NCBI GenBank assembly: GCA_024704765.1
Contig: JAKMXF010000316.1
Span: 310,001-374,000, forward strand
Direction of reading: 5' to 3'
Length of the DNA: 64,000 nt
DNA from: Oopsacas minuta
Lineage: Eukaryota > Animalia > Porifera
Below are positions 37,757-51,247 of this stretch, piece after piece. A program made the translations under genes and the position numbers. The first letter of the stretch is position 1, and each line of letters starts with the position of its first letter. The notes below the pieces were generated by a model. That model saw nothing but the letters and a program-made list of their open reading frames with translations. It had not been told where the DNA came from and did not search any database.

Positions 37757-40357
37757 CATAGGCACAAACACGGGGGGGTGCAGGGGGCATGCGCCCCTCC
37801 TAGAAAATTTTGGAAGGGGCCAGTAGGGTGGCTGTAACAACCGCGCCCGACATTAGATATTAACTCAAATTGTACTAATAAATATTGGTACAAATTAAAT
37901 ATATGGGTCATTTGAATTTCATACATATTATTTGTTGTTCCACTCCATCCTTGAGGCCACCTGGTTCTGTCTCACCGCTATGCCTTTGGAATCTCTCCAT
38001 TCGCCCACTACCCCTTGGATATCGACTTTGTCCAAGCGGTCAGCGTGCACGTGACAGATTGCTCCGTGATTGAAACGAGCTTGACCACATGTGCTTCTGA
38101 GGTAAGTCCTCAGCCTCCTCATAACAGAGAAGGCGCGCTCTGCAGTACAAGTGGTTGAGCTTGTACAAGGAGCAGACGTAAACAGGAACAAATGTTAGGT
38201 AGGACCACGCGCAACATGGAATCAGACTGAAATTCTGACACAAGTCCAGAACATGCCACTCATCTCTGTCCGGTCTGATTAGCCTCACTGTCTTCACCTC
38301 ACGTCTAAGGGCCTTGGCACCCACATCCGCTGTGAACACCTCACTAACAGTCCTGATGGCCACCTCTGATGCCTCAGTCTCTGGATAACGAATCAGAACA
38401 TCTTCTAGGGCCACAATAGCCTCGTCCACATGGAAACGTTCTTCGATCTCATCGAGAGCAGTTTGAAAGAGAGCCCTATACTGAGACATGAAGTACGTCT
38501 CAAAGTCGGACTCAGTAACTGGAACTATTCTCCCTCCAATACGACGTCTCTCTGAAATATTCAGACCCCGTGGAACAGTGGGAGCCTCTAGGTCCATTTC
38601 CTCGGAAGTAGCTTTGCACTGGCGATAGAACTCACCACCTTGGACAACAGCCTCAAGATGCAGTAGTCTAGCTAGCGTCGCGAAGAACTTTCTGGTCTCT
38701 GAAATCGTGATGTTGACTCCTTGAACTCACTTGTGTATTGGATGCACTATCTCGAACAGCCGCATCAGAGTATTCAAAGAAAAGAAAACATAGAAGTCGC
38801 TAAGGTTGTTGATGTGAATGAGGGCTGCTTGCTTGTCTTCTCTTTTTCCTTCCGAGATTTGCAGCTGGAACCAATCCAGTAAGTGTACTTAGTTCTGAAG
38901 TATTGCTCTCACAGCCGGCATCCGCTTGACCCATCGCGTTGAACACAACTTCTTCAACTTCTCAGTCTCCACATAATCTTCCAGCCCGTTCTCGAATTCA
39001 GTGAACGAAGCAAGCCTTCTCGAGCTACTCTTCACATAGACAGTCACTGACTGTATTATGTCAATGCATCTCTTCATGGAAGCACCCTGTCTCACAGCTT
39101 CCTGCAGGACCAGGTTGAGGCAGTGTCCCTTACAATATAAAAACCGTGCAAACGGATATTTGCTTCTCAGGCGGGTTCGAACTCCCTTGCTCTTGCCCGT
39201 CATTGAAGCTGCACCATCAAATGCCATCCCACACATTCCCTGAAAGTCAAGACCTATTGCAGTTAGAGATACCTCAGCCAGCTTCGCCAGTGCTTCCCCA
39301 GTAGTTTCAGCTGTCTCTGCGAATCCGAGGAATTGTTCAGACACTTCAAAGGTTTCTGGGTGAACGATACGCACAGCGAAAACAACCTGCTCCTTCACTG
39401 TGATATCCTCAGATTCGTCCATTAACAGAGACCAATACCCACAATAGCGAACATCTTGGACTATTTTCGTAGCACCATGTGTGACAAAGTCAGCAACACA
39501 TCATTCTGAGTGTCCCAGTTAGTCCAAGTGTATTTGCTACTGTCCTGGGTTGACGATCGGCAGATCCACTCTGCGATAGAGGGGTCGAACCTTCCGCACA
39601 GCTTGAGTAACTCGGTAGCATTACCGGAGTTTTGAGGGTGTCCACAAAACGGAAGTCCTTGTCTGGCCAAAAATCTGTAACACTAGAATATTGCAGTCAT
39701 AGCGGCTCTTCCCTAGATTTTTGACGCCTTGAATGCCTCGCTGAGCAGGCTAGCAGTATCATTCCCTTGTTGCAAGGTTGTAAAAGCAACTAGAGCCTTG
39801 GCATGTGCTTCGCTTCGCTCATGTTTTTGAAAACTTCTAGTAGAGTGTTTCCCATCCGACTTCATAGCTCCAGACAGCGCTTTCTTCCAGTTGGAAAACC
39901 CAGTTACGGTGAATTTTGCAGAAAACCGGTCAGTGGGAGACCAGCGTTTACCTTCTGTCATCCACGAGCACATGTTGCAAAACATTCCCCGTCCCTTGCT
40001 ACAAGCCACGGAAAGGTTATCTTTCACTCTTCTCGAAACTGACGTCCTTTCATCCTGGACTGAGTCTGTCCGCTGCCCTGAGAGGTTTGGGGCTGCTGGG
40101 TGAGAACATTGGCATCCGTTTTAGGGTGTGAATGTCCATGCTGATGAGTGCAAACCATGAGCTGACTCATCAAAGATTATCTTGAAGCTCCTGATACGAT
40201 TTTACATTTCTTAGATATGGGAGAAGCGGATTGAGACATATTAATACTATAATGCTAATAACAAATATATAAGATACAAATAATAATGCAAAAAATACTC
40301 ATCGGAACTTCGCGCCCCCCTCTTTTTCATCACAAAGCATAAAACTTTTCGCCCATG
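37757..40357 (-). mobile_element. hAT with degenerate ZMYM1-like transposase
   Basis: Ends CATAGGC.. / ..CGCCCATG. Minus ORFs 39713-40027 (FCNMC, GFSNWKK), 39461-39670, 38889-39422 (MDESED, FDGAASMTG, YCKGHCLNL, STRW), 38040-38597, 37928-38191 (TTCTAERAFSVMRRL). TSD not supported. Confidence 0.8.
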
Positions 40358-41237
40358 CATACATACGAATACTGTTTTAATGTATTAGAGTTTACCATAG
40401 CATATGAGTCGTTTATACAATGCCCTGTGTATTTCTAAGGCATTGTGGTTATAGGTATTCAAATATTATCTAAAACTTGTCAACGTAACATCACGATGCA
40501 TTCGTGTTTATAGCTTCATTTTCTGGATATAGGTCTCAATATTTTGTTTGTTTTTATAGTTCCATTACATTACTCTTCATTTTATTTGCTGACTTATTTG
40601 TTTAGTTCTTTTCTTGCCCTTGTTTCTCACAAAGATAATATGTCACTCATATCTTTGCTATGGATAGTTTATCTTGTGCTGATAACCTGGCATTAATTTC
40701 ATAATTTGTCCCGAAATCATATTTACAATGTGACTCTAGTTATTGCATGTTAGATTACTTATTTTACATATGATAAACAGTGTTCTCTTTCGATTTTCGT
40801 TCTCCAATACGGAAATTTAAATAGTGTAACACATTAGACGGTATACTTGACAAAAAATTCGTTAATCTTGTAGCTATCATAGACAAGCAAGATAGATAGC
40901 AAATGAACTGTAACTCGATACAGCTGGTTTGTACTAATCCAAACAAATCACACATAAACAACCCATATACTATAGTAAACTCTAATACATTAAAAATATT
41001 CGTGGTACGCGTACACACAAAACACTTAGTGTATACACGTACACACGAAAATCTCTAATACACTGCAACATGTACACCTAATTATAACAGCGATATCTTG
41101 TCACAGGACTCAATAGTATGATGATGTTATAGTGTGCGATCAATATCAAGGGTGGAAGCTTTTAGAGTGATGAAAAAAGTATCTCAAAGCACTGAAGTAT
41201 TTCACTTGCAATTTATGTGAAAAACAATGAACTAGTA

Positions 41238-44200
41238 CGAGGGGCACTCAATAAGTTTTGAGCCTGACTATGTTGCGAGCACTTTTATAAGTAAACCATT
41301 ACTTGTTTCGAATAAACATGCGATAAATATACTTCACTGAAAATCTTGTAACTTTATCTTGTATACTTTTCAGATAGCAGTAGTTTTATTATCTAGGATT
41401 CCTTAGTTACAAAATCCTCAATACAGTTATCAAAGCCTGATATTCGTACTATAATACTTTTTCAGTTCCAACTTTTAAAAACAATAAAAGAATGTCACGA
41501 AAATTTGTGTACTGCCTTTCCAAATAACAAGGTATCTGCGGCGACAGTGAAAAGATGGTACAGAGAATTTAAGTGTGGGAATTTTCATCTTGAAGACCAA
41601 CCCCACCCTGGACCACCCCCATACGCTGTTACAGAGGGAATTGTTGAGTCAATTGAGCACATGGTGATAGCAGACCCAAATGTTACATATGAGAGGATTC
41701 AGCACGAAATTGGCATTTCATCCGGGACAGTCCACACCGTTTTACGCCATTCCCTTCAGCTACGTAAACTTTGTGCCCGTTGGATCCCACATCAGCTTCA
41801 TCCTGAGCAGAAGCAGAATCGAGTGAAATGGTGACATGAAATTCTTAAAAAATTCAACAATGGCAACAGTAGAGATGTTTCCAAGATAATAACTGGTGAT
41901 GAAACATGGATCTAGCACTATGATCCAGAAACAAAGCTGCAGAGCCGTCAATGGTGTGAAATTGGAGAAGGTCCCCCAACAAAGGTTCGCAGAACTCAGT
42001 ACACCAAGGAACAAATGTACAGTACACTCCCGCTTACCGGGACACCTCGGGGATTTGGCCAAGGTGTCCCAGTAAGAGGGAGTGTCCGTCACTCCGAATA
42101 ACACATCACTATTGCAAGATCTATACCAGCAAACATAGTAGTTAACAAGTCTGAGCTGCGTAATATGTCTGCTCAAATATATATAATCGAAAAAGAATCC
42201 TAATCCAAGAATATCCAAGATAATCTGAGGCGTCGGGGACTTGGGAGCGAAGTCGGATATCTTGGTCTGCACAAGCTCGGATACCCTGCGACCACGCACG
42301 AGCTCTTCATAGGCATCGAGGTCCATCGATCCGTTCAGGATTCCCACATCACCTCGACCCGTAGCGTACAGCAGGAGCGTTTCGATGGCTTGCGCGGCCG
42401 CGGCAGAGGACGAACAGGTGTGGGCTCCTCATCCTCACAGTCGGTTTTTTGCGGATCCTCCTCCCTCACCTTGCCAACCGTCGCCATAGCCTCCTTCACC
42501 AGCTGCGTGATTGTCTTCGTAGGTGCAAAGACAATCCCGGCATCAGCAGCCTCCATGCCCTGTAGCTCAAGCTCCTCCAATGTGACTTCTGGCATGCCAA
42601 TGTTGGCTACTGGACCCTCGTTTCGCATGAACCCACATTTAGAGAAGCACCTAGAAATAGTCCTCGACAGTACTTGATTCCAAGCCCTTGTGGCCCAGCA
42701 TATCACGAGTACAATACTGATGGTCTTGTAGGGATCTTCAGAGTTCGCATTCTGGAACTTCTGCTTGAATTGTAAAGCACGTGATTGTGGAGGCTTTTTC
42801 TGTACAACAGCTTGAAAGTCTGAATTACCCCAGCATCGAGCGGTTGAGTATAGCTCGTTGTGTTTTTGGGGAAGAACACAACCTTGGTGTGCTTCAACGG
42901 GACGTTATCGGCAGTAGAATTATGCACACTGGCATTATCCATAAACAGCAGAACTTTCCTGTTCTGCTCCTTCTTCCCCTTCTGTGTCAAACCACTGCAG
43001 GAAGTCAGTGAATAGTTGACTAGTCATCCATGAAGATTTTTGTGCTCGATAGTGGACCGGAATCCTCTTCATATCCGCATCCTTCAGAGCCCTCGGCTTC
43101 TCGCTCTTGCCTATCAGGGTAGGTTTCATCTTTTCGCCAGACCATGAGCAGGTGAGGAGGAGGGTAACTCTGTCTTTGAACTTCTTTGAGCCATGGGCAG
43201 TGTCACCCTGAAACATCAGAGATTTCTTCGAGCACGTCTTGAAAAATAGTCCAGTCTCATCAGTGTTATAAATGTCCTCCTCCTTGCAACCCTTGATGAT
43301 CTCCCTAAGCTCCTCCTTCCAGTTCTCCACAGTGAGAACATTGACACTCTTGGCTTCTCCAGAAACAGCCTTAGCCGAGATCCCGTGCCTGTCTTTCAGG
43401 CGAGATAGCCATCCTTCAGAGGCTTTGAAATCCTCCAGTCCGAGCTCGCGAGCCTCCTCCTCAGGCAATTGGTATAGCATAGGGCCGGTGACCGTCTCAC
43501 CTTGTTCACGCGCCAGTCTTAGAAATTCCAACACCACCCCTCGATTTCTTTGTACTTAGCTTCCACCTTCACGCGCTTGCGTTTGGAGCCAAGCTTTACT
43601 GCAGCCTGCCGCACTTCATTCTTGTTCTTTTTTATCCTCCCAATAGAGCTCTTACCCACTTCGAAGTGCTCAGCCACCTTGCGAAGACTACTGCCAGGCT
43701 GCTCCAGCATGTCTAGAACTGCCTTGCGCTGCTCACACGTCAGCAGAGCGTACTTGGGTTGCGACTTATGGGCCATAAAAGAGAACCACTAAAACAGAGA
43801 TCAGTACATACCAAAAATCTAGGAGAATTTGGTGTCCCGGTAAGCGAGATTCGTCCCGGTACGAGGGAGGCATTTGTGTGGGATGGAACCAAATTTCCGG
43901 GAAGATGTCCCGGTAAGAGGGTGTCCCGGTACGACGGTGTCCCGGTAAGCGGGAGTGTACTGTATGCAATTTTCTAATACAACGGGTGTTAAAACTGTTG
44001 TACCTCTTGAACCTGGTAAGACAATTAATTCAACCTGGTATACAGAGAGTTGTTTGCCTCTAGTCATAAAAGCAATAAATTTACAGCGTCCTGGCACAGG
44101 ATCAAGGGGAACTTTTTTGCACCACGATAATGCAGTTCTCATACATCAAAAATGACAAGACAATTCATTGAAGAATCAGGACTACATATTTTGTCCACCC

Positions 44201-44482
44201 CCCTTATTCTCCAGATCTATCACCCTGCGACTTCTGGCTCTTTCCTAGAATAAAAAAATACCTTAAAGGCAGAAATTTTTCATCGAATTCTGAACTTGGG
44301 GGCCCTCAGAGAAGTGATCAGCGACATTAACAAAAAGAATTTAAAGAAGCTAATCAAGCTTGGTTTAAACGAATGAACAAGTGTATTCAAGCTAATGGAT
44401 GCTATTTCGAACAATTATAGTAAAATAAATATAGATTGGTGATTTTTGATACTTAGGCTCAAAAGTTATTGAGTACCCCTCG
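41238..44482 (+). mobile_element. mariner transposon (degenerate), split by a nested pogo element
   Basis: 28-bp TIR CGAGGGG(C/T)ACTCAATAA(G/C)TTTTGAGCCT; flanks TA / CA. Motifs ARWIPHQL, IITGDETW, HHDNA, HPPYSPDLSPCDFWLF. The frame KEQMYAIF rejoins when the insert is removed. Confidence 0.92.
42020..43962 (-). mobile_element. pogo/Tigger (CENP-B-like) transposon, frameshifted transposase
   Basis: Perfect 26-bp TIR CAGTACACTCCCGCTTACCGGGACAC; TA TSD on both sides. Minus ORFs 43519-43776 (HTH), 42935-43537 (FKASEGWLSRLKDRHGI, YNTDETGLF), 42703-42990 (MDNASVH, FPKNTTSYTQPLDAGVI), 42335-42706. Subterminal GTGTCCCGGTA repeats. Confidence 0.95.
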
Positions 44483-47235
44483 CACATAGGAACTGGACAT
44501 TTATGGGCCGCATTCTACTACGTTTCCATGGCTCCTTACAAAAAGTGAGAAGGCTCACCCTATCAGTTTTGTGGAAAATTACATCCTGGATCAAATCAAA
44601 AGTAACTTCTACTTACAATTAAGTATTTCCACAAAGTAATGGATAACAATAAAATCGAATAAATCTGATTTGGTAATTCACCCAAAATGCAAATCAATAT
44701 GAAAAAATAATAGCAATTTTTTGTTTTTGAAGTAAAAATCAAATTATTCGCCAACAAATTAATTCGAGTTGATTATATACAGTTTTCTAGTCAAAAAGTG
44801 GTAAGAATACCGGCGCTCATTTAACCGTATACTGCCTGGAAAGTGTATTATTTTATGACGTCAAAAAGGTGTTAAAATCTCGATTTTGGTGCTGGATTGG
44901 TTAATAGGAAGATCTAAAATTTCAGTGTTCCTTTTAATTAGGAACATAATATTTCGGCCGTAATCGGTTAAAATATACAGAGCAGCACTTCAAATATTTT
45001 ATCACACATGCATGTATGAATCAAGGAAGTGTCGTGTTGCATTGACGCTCCCTTAGGCGTATGATTTTTGACAAAAATATATTTAGGAGCCTGATTAATA
45101 TACAGATTTAGGTTTATGACATTCCTGAGGAGGCGCTCTAAAAGCGTTCTCCGAATAACCTGTATAACTAAGTTGGATGAATATGTAGATAACCATATCA
45201 TAAATTTAGTCCAAACTGCCAGGAATACTATCCATATGTTCAACTGTATTTCGATAATACACCAATCAGAGATCGAATATTGGATTGTGATTGGACCTTA
45301 GATCATTTTAGAATTTATGATCGTAAACTGGAACGCCGATGATATTTACACCAAGATCTGGAGATAGATCCTTTATTCAGGATCTATAAATGCCCTGGTG
45401 TAACACATGGCTTTCAGTGCAGTTCTCGCCCTGGGAAGTTGAAAATCGTGAGATTCGTGAAGAATCTCACGCTGTTATCGTGAGAAATAATATTCTTGTT
45501 TTTTGAAATATCGAAAAATTCTGATATTTTGGATGTTTTTGATAGTTTTTCTTATATTTCAAAGCCAATCTTGCCGATTTCTAGAGTCAATTAATCCTCT
45601 AGCTAATTTCAAACTCTCAGACAAGATCAAATTATTGAGAATTATCGGGAAATATCGAAATTTCCGATACTTTCGATATTTTCAACTCTGATATATTGGT
45701 GTCAATCCTCAACCACAAGTTGAGAAACCCTGCTGTAGACTGAATTGAATGTATGAATTCTAAATATTTACCGTACATATTGAGAGTTCGAAAATACATT
45801 CACTGAGTTATAAAATGAATATTGTACAATTTAATGTAATTGATCACTTCATTACAGTGTGAGTTTTGAACTTTTGGATTATTAATACTCTTCTCCTTTG
45901 TGCACAAACGATTCAGGGATAGATTTTATTGTGCAAGTACTAAATTGGTTGAATTATTGGAATCCTGGCATGGAAAATTTGGAAAATTTATGTAACAAAC
46001 ATTTACTGTCTTGAGACAAACCTGTATTGCATTGTCACATTTATCTACTAACAAGTGAATGCCATTTCCCTTACTTGTCAATTGCTTGAATTCAAAATGA
46101 CTCCGAGAACAGCGGTTCCCAACATGGGGTCCGCAGGATTTCAAATCTATATTAACCTATGTGTGAGAGGTCTACAGAAGTGTTAAAATTGCTATAGGAT
46201 AATGATGTCAAAATTATATAGCGAACGCGAACTAATTATTGGCCGGGCGCCAAAATATGTATATAGCGGTCTTTATACTAACCACACAGCCTACGTAACG
46301 GATTACTTCAAGTCTATTAAATCTTGTTTGGCAATATTAATATTCACGATAACATCGAATTGATACAATTTGGCTCAATTGAATGTATTATTGTTAGCAG
46401 GGCCGGGTTAATTATATAGACTGGGAATAGTTGGATGAAATGACTTGTTTGATTATTATCTATCAATAATACAATTATTTAAGCCAAATTGTACCAATTC
46501 CATATTATCGAGAATATTAGAGACGAACCTAGAATTGAGGTCTAAAAGACCCCGACCTCAATTCATAATTCTAACACCATATTGTCCAAATGCCCGGAAT
46601 ATTTGATGATATTTCAAAAAGTGCATACTTTTGCAAATGAAATCTAATCATATATTTATTGTGATATCCTTAATAACCATTGAATTTCCAGCAATTATTG
46701 GGTCACATTACCCTATTCGGGCCACTTTTGAAAATGGAATATATCACATTCCTTCGTTGTTCATCATGTGACCCCAACAATGAAAAGAAATTTCATGCTG
46801 ATTGCCAATATCTGCAAAGAAAATTGAAGAGACTGAAATATGAAAGTAATTTAATTTTCAGCATTTTACCACCATTTAGGGCTGAAACCGTTAAAATAAT
46901 TTCAACTTTTATATTTTAACCATAGACGTCATTTCACATATTGCCTATGTCTTAAAATACTAGAACTCTTGAAGTATTCCATACAATCAATTCAAATTTG
47001 CAACACTTCAAGGATTAACTTCTTGCAAACTTTCTTAAATTTGAACATATCAAAACAACTATCTTGGCGATAAAACATAAGTTTTTTCTGCCAAATATAG
47101 AGGCTCTATTTCAGAACATATTCAATTAAAATACATTCACTTTACATCTTCCTTTGTTCCAGATTATGTACATAGCTTTAGAGAACTTGCAGTACTTCCT
47201 ACACGACGGATTTCACATCATAATACAATTCATTA

Positions 47236-47869
47236 GGGACCCTGCTTTAGTTCGAATTTAAGCTTCTTATTAGTTAGGATTTTCTGAATTGTAACAAGGT
47301 AGAATCAACTTTTAGTCTATTGCTTGCGACAAGTTCGAATCAAATTTTAGTTTATTGTAACAAGTTCGAATCGAATTCAGACTGTTGCCACAAGTCAGAA
47401 TCTACTTTTCCAAGATATCTCGCCGACAAAAACTTTTTATTGTAGTAATTATAAACCCGTACCATTGGGAGGGGGTTAGGGATTTTGTTCACTACCTTAT
47501 GGATCTGGGAGTTTTCATTTGACTCGTTATTAAGCTAGCTAGGGGCGGGGATGTGGACTTCATGGTAATTTTGTGTTTGGATGAATTTTGTTGCACTAAT
47601 TCTTTGGTAAAGTCTGCAGAATTTCGGACCATGGATATTTTGTTTTTCAACTTGTGACAACAGTCTGAAAATCCATTCTGACTTGTCACTACAGTCGGAG
47701 AATCCATTCGAACTTGTTACAATACACTGAATATTATTTCGAACTTGTTCCAATAGGCTAAATATCGATTTTAACTTGTTACAATAAACTAATACTTGAT
47801 TCTAACTTGTTACAATTCAGAAAATCTAGCTAACGACAACCTTAAAATTCGAACTAATGCATGCATCTC
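47236..47869. mobile_element. non-autonomous MULE-type foldback MITE with ~30-bp tandem units in each arm
   Basis: Ends GGGACCCTGCTTTAGTTCGAATT / AATTCGAACTAATGCATGCATCTC resemble the 16201-20636 TIR. 9-bp TSD AATTCATTA/AATTCATTC. Repeated ACAAGTTCGAAT / ATTCGAACTTGT units. Confidence 0.8.
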
Positions 47870-48241
47870 AATTCATTCAATTCTGAGAATCTAATGATTT
47901 TCTCTGAGTAGATTATCCATGGTCTATATTTTTATTCCAATGGAGGTATACATGGTCCAAACATTTTACTATGCACTAATATGATTGACATTCCAGGAAT
48001 CTAGAATTTACATAGAAAATGCAGAAATTACAAATGTCATTTTCATGGTTATTTACTTAAATATCTTAATTGCTAACTCATTTTTTGAAATACATTTTGT
48101 GAAACATATATGCAGTCATTTAAGCATGCCATATCTTATTTGACGTTGTTCCATAGATTGGAATTATGATTTGTACTCTTGGGTCACTGTGTCCGACTTG
48201 TGCCGTCCACGGTTAAGTCTTGTATATATTCGATACATATA

Positions 48242-48494
48242 CACTCCCTGGCCAAAGGTATTGGAACACCATACCACTAATGACACATGTGGCATGTGGC
48301 ACTTTGAATATATATATTGATTATTCTGTGGCTATATCAGAAAAGGCGATTGCTAATGTAATGACAAAATTAATGATAGAATTATGTTCACAAATGTTTG
48401 AAACAATCCTCAGTCTATACAACTAAAGTACAATGCATATTTGTGCCATGTTTCAATTGTGGCAGAGTGTTCCAATACTTTTGGCCAGGGAGTG
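48242..48494. mobile_element. Tc1-type MITE
   Basis: 28-bp TIR CACTCCCTGGCCAAA(G/A)GTATTGGAACAC with TA on both sides. Confidence 0.9.
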
Positions 48495-50419
48495 TATTCG
48501 TAATCAGCATGAAATTTCGTTTCATTGTAAGGGGTCACTTGATCATGTTTTACAAAACCATCTTCTCCTTGACAACGGAGGAATGTGATACATTTCATTT
48601 CTCAAAGTGGCCCAAATTGGGCCATTTTCAATTCTGATTACGAATATCACGATAAAAATATGATTATTCTTCAAGTATTGCATTTTTTTAATATCCCCTA
48701 ATAGTCCAACAGTGGGACCTTATGGTGTTGCAATTATGATTTAAGTAGGGATCCAGCCTGGCTTTCGTTTTCGAATCGAACCAAATGTCCTAAAATACCT
48801 CACTCTAAATTTGTACATACTTGATCCTTATCTTTAACCCTATACAACTTATCCGACTAGATATTTGATTTAGATGAATGTTAAATGTAGTTTTGCTTTG
48901 ATAAATTATTTATTTACCGATACGTCCAAAGTGTCAGATTAGTAACGAAAAGGAATACGATAATTTTACCACTTCGTTTTAACCAATTCCCCTACCCAAA
49001 TCGTGTTTCAGCACCTTTTTTGACATCATAAAATTACAAATTTTCCAGAAGTTTTTGTTTAACGAGTGTACGTCCTAGGACTCAACTCCCTACTCCCGAT
49101 TTACCCCTTAACTATACGCTTCTAAATTCTTGGCCTAAGGATACACAAATTGACTAAAGATTCTAGGGTTGAAAATTGGGGCCTAGTTCCTGAACGATAG
49201 CCGTAATTCTGGAATTAATTTCAGCTAATGACAATGAGTTGTTGAACGAGAGATTATCTGGAAGCAAGAACGCAAGCGAGAGTGGAAGCACACAACTGCG
49301 CTCTTTGGCGAACTCTAGTATAGATGGTCTACCCATGAAAATGATTATGAACATTAGAACATCACCTCGGACTCTATAGACAAATGTCTAGCAACCACTA
49401 CCATATTACCTATACTCAGATGGCCCGGGTCGATCCAGATCATAATCAAATCAGGGATGGATCTAGGCAAACATATTTGGCGGGTGTAAGTTTAGGATTG
49501 GCAATCCTAGGGGAGAAGCTTCATTCATATTCATAATCCGATAAGGTGTTCGAGAGACTATGAAATTTTCGTTTACCCAATATTAGAGAATCTACATGAC
49601 GAACGGCGATCTAATACTATAAATATTACTAAATTATTACAAACTGATACTAATCTTTGCTGCACACTCTATAAACAATTTAATATTGCAAAGATTTATC
49701 AGACAAAGTACAATCATGATTTGAACTTACGAATTAATTATACTTACTTATTTTAAGCCATACTATACCCATAAAATGGACATTTGTGTACAAATATATG
49801 GTACACAAACGTCGTACTGGCAGAGTTGCAACTATCACTGATAAACCGTGAGCTCACGCCTGTTTCGGCAAAGTCCAAAATCCCACGCGTATTCAGCAAT
49901 CTCATGGATTTTTGGCTCCACATATATGTACTTCTGATACTCCAAATCAATAATGTCTCACCCTTTCTCAAGGGTAAGCTCACGATTCTCACTCTTTCCC
50001 ATGGGGAATCTCACGATTTCTCAGAAGTCCTCAGGTATTTTTCATGGCTTTCTCACGCTTTTCAGCCGGTTTCTAACGGATCCTTGAAAAGCAAGTTGGC
50101 ATCTATGCACTAGCTCTCTACAAGTATGGCATTAGTGAAATAATGAGCTAAAACATTATCACCAACATTAGTTCTATTCAATAATTATAAGTTATTAACC
50201 TATGATCTTAACTAGGTATTCCAATCAAAATCCATTTTAAGTAGACATCGATTTTAAATACCCAATTTTACAACCAGGAGGTAGTCAGACATCCGGACAA
50301 TATCCGGAAATCTAGGAGCATATTGACACTGATCCAATTTAAAAAGCTAGTGCGAACGTGGCTAAGTTAGCCATTACGCCATTTCAATTTTTTTGAGCGC
50401 TACTTTTATTGATCTCCCT

Positions 50420-50564
50420 TCTGGTCAATACCCGTATAGCGGTATAGATATAGTTTTCACTGTGCAGATTATAGTATAGCATTGTGGCCCAGTATTGAAA
50501 TGGGTGCTTTCGTTTTGTGTACTGTGCCGACTGTTAGTTAGTGAGCCCATATTGAAACTATTGC
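50420..50564 (-). repeat. inverted paralogue of the sequence flanking Transib copy B
   Basis: The reverse complement aligns collinearly with 55149-55184 joined to 58304-58415. Confidence 0.8.
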
Positions 50565-51247
50565 TATCATTTGCTATCTTTTGCGGCGCCTTCACATCCA
50601 GAACTACAAGTTATAAACTCTCAAATTTTACCTTAACATAGTTGGACCATCCCCTTCATTAGTTTCATAGTTGATCCACAATCAGGGGAGCGATTTATCA
50701 CCTATCAAACTTTAGGTGAATTTAGCCTAATATTATACACCATTATTGTACACAATTCGAAACAAAATATTACTTCACCTCTTCATTTCAAAAATATAAA
50801 TTCTGCAGGGTTTCATACAGGATTTTGATTTGGGGGGAAGAAAAAAATTGCGACTGGAAAACAGTAGTTTGCGAAAGAATAGATCACCCGCGTACACTAG
50901 ATATTTTCTAGGGTTACACCGAGAGATTTCAAAAGTCATTTACTACCTTTTTAGAGAACCACAATCTTTTAAGTTTCTTTTAATAGCTTGTGAAATTTGA
51001 ATATTTGTTTGTTATTAACTAACTCAATGGTCCCATTCAATAATTACATAGGATTTCATTTATTTTTTTTCATCAGTTTTGTTTTTCTTCTTAAATTGTG
51101 AAAATTCAGGTTAATAATACTAACACACCCAAACGAACGAATATCGAATATGCGTTTCAGCCCTAAAATCAATAGTACCACCTACCAAAATATTATTTTA
51201 CCAACCTATTTCAATATTTAATATACTTAGAAGTATACTATTGTAGT

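Noticed and set aside
37749-40365. 8-bp TSD for the hAT at 37757-40357
   Set aside because: CACGTACA versus CATACATA matches only 4 of 8.
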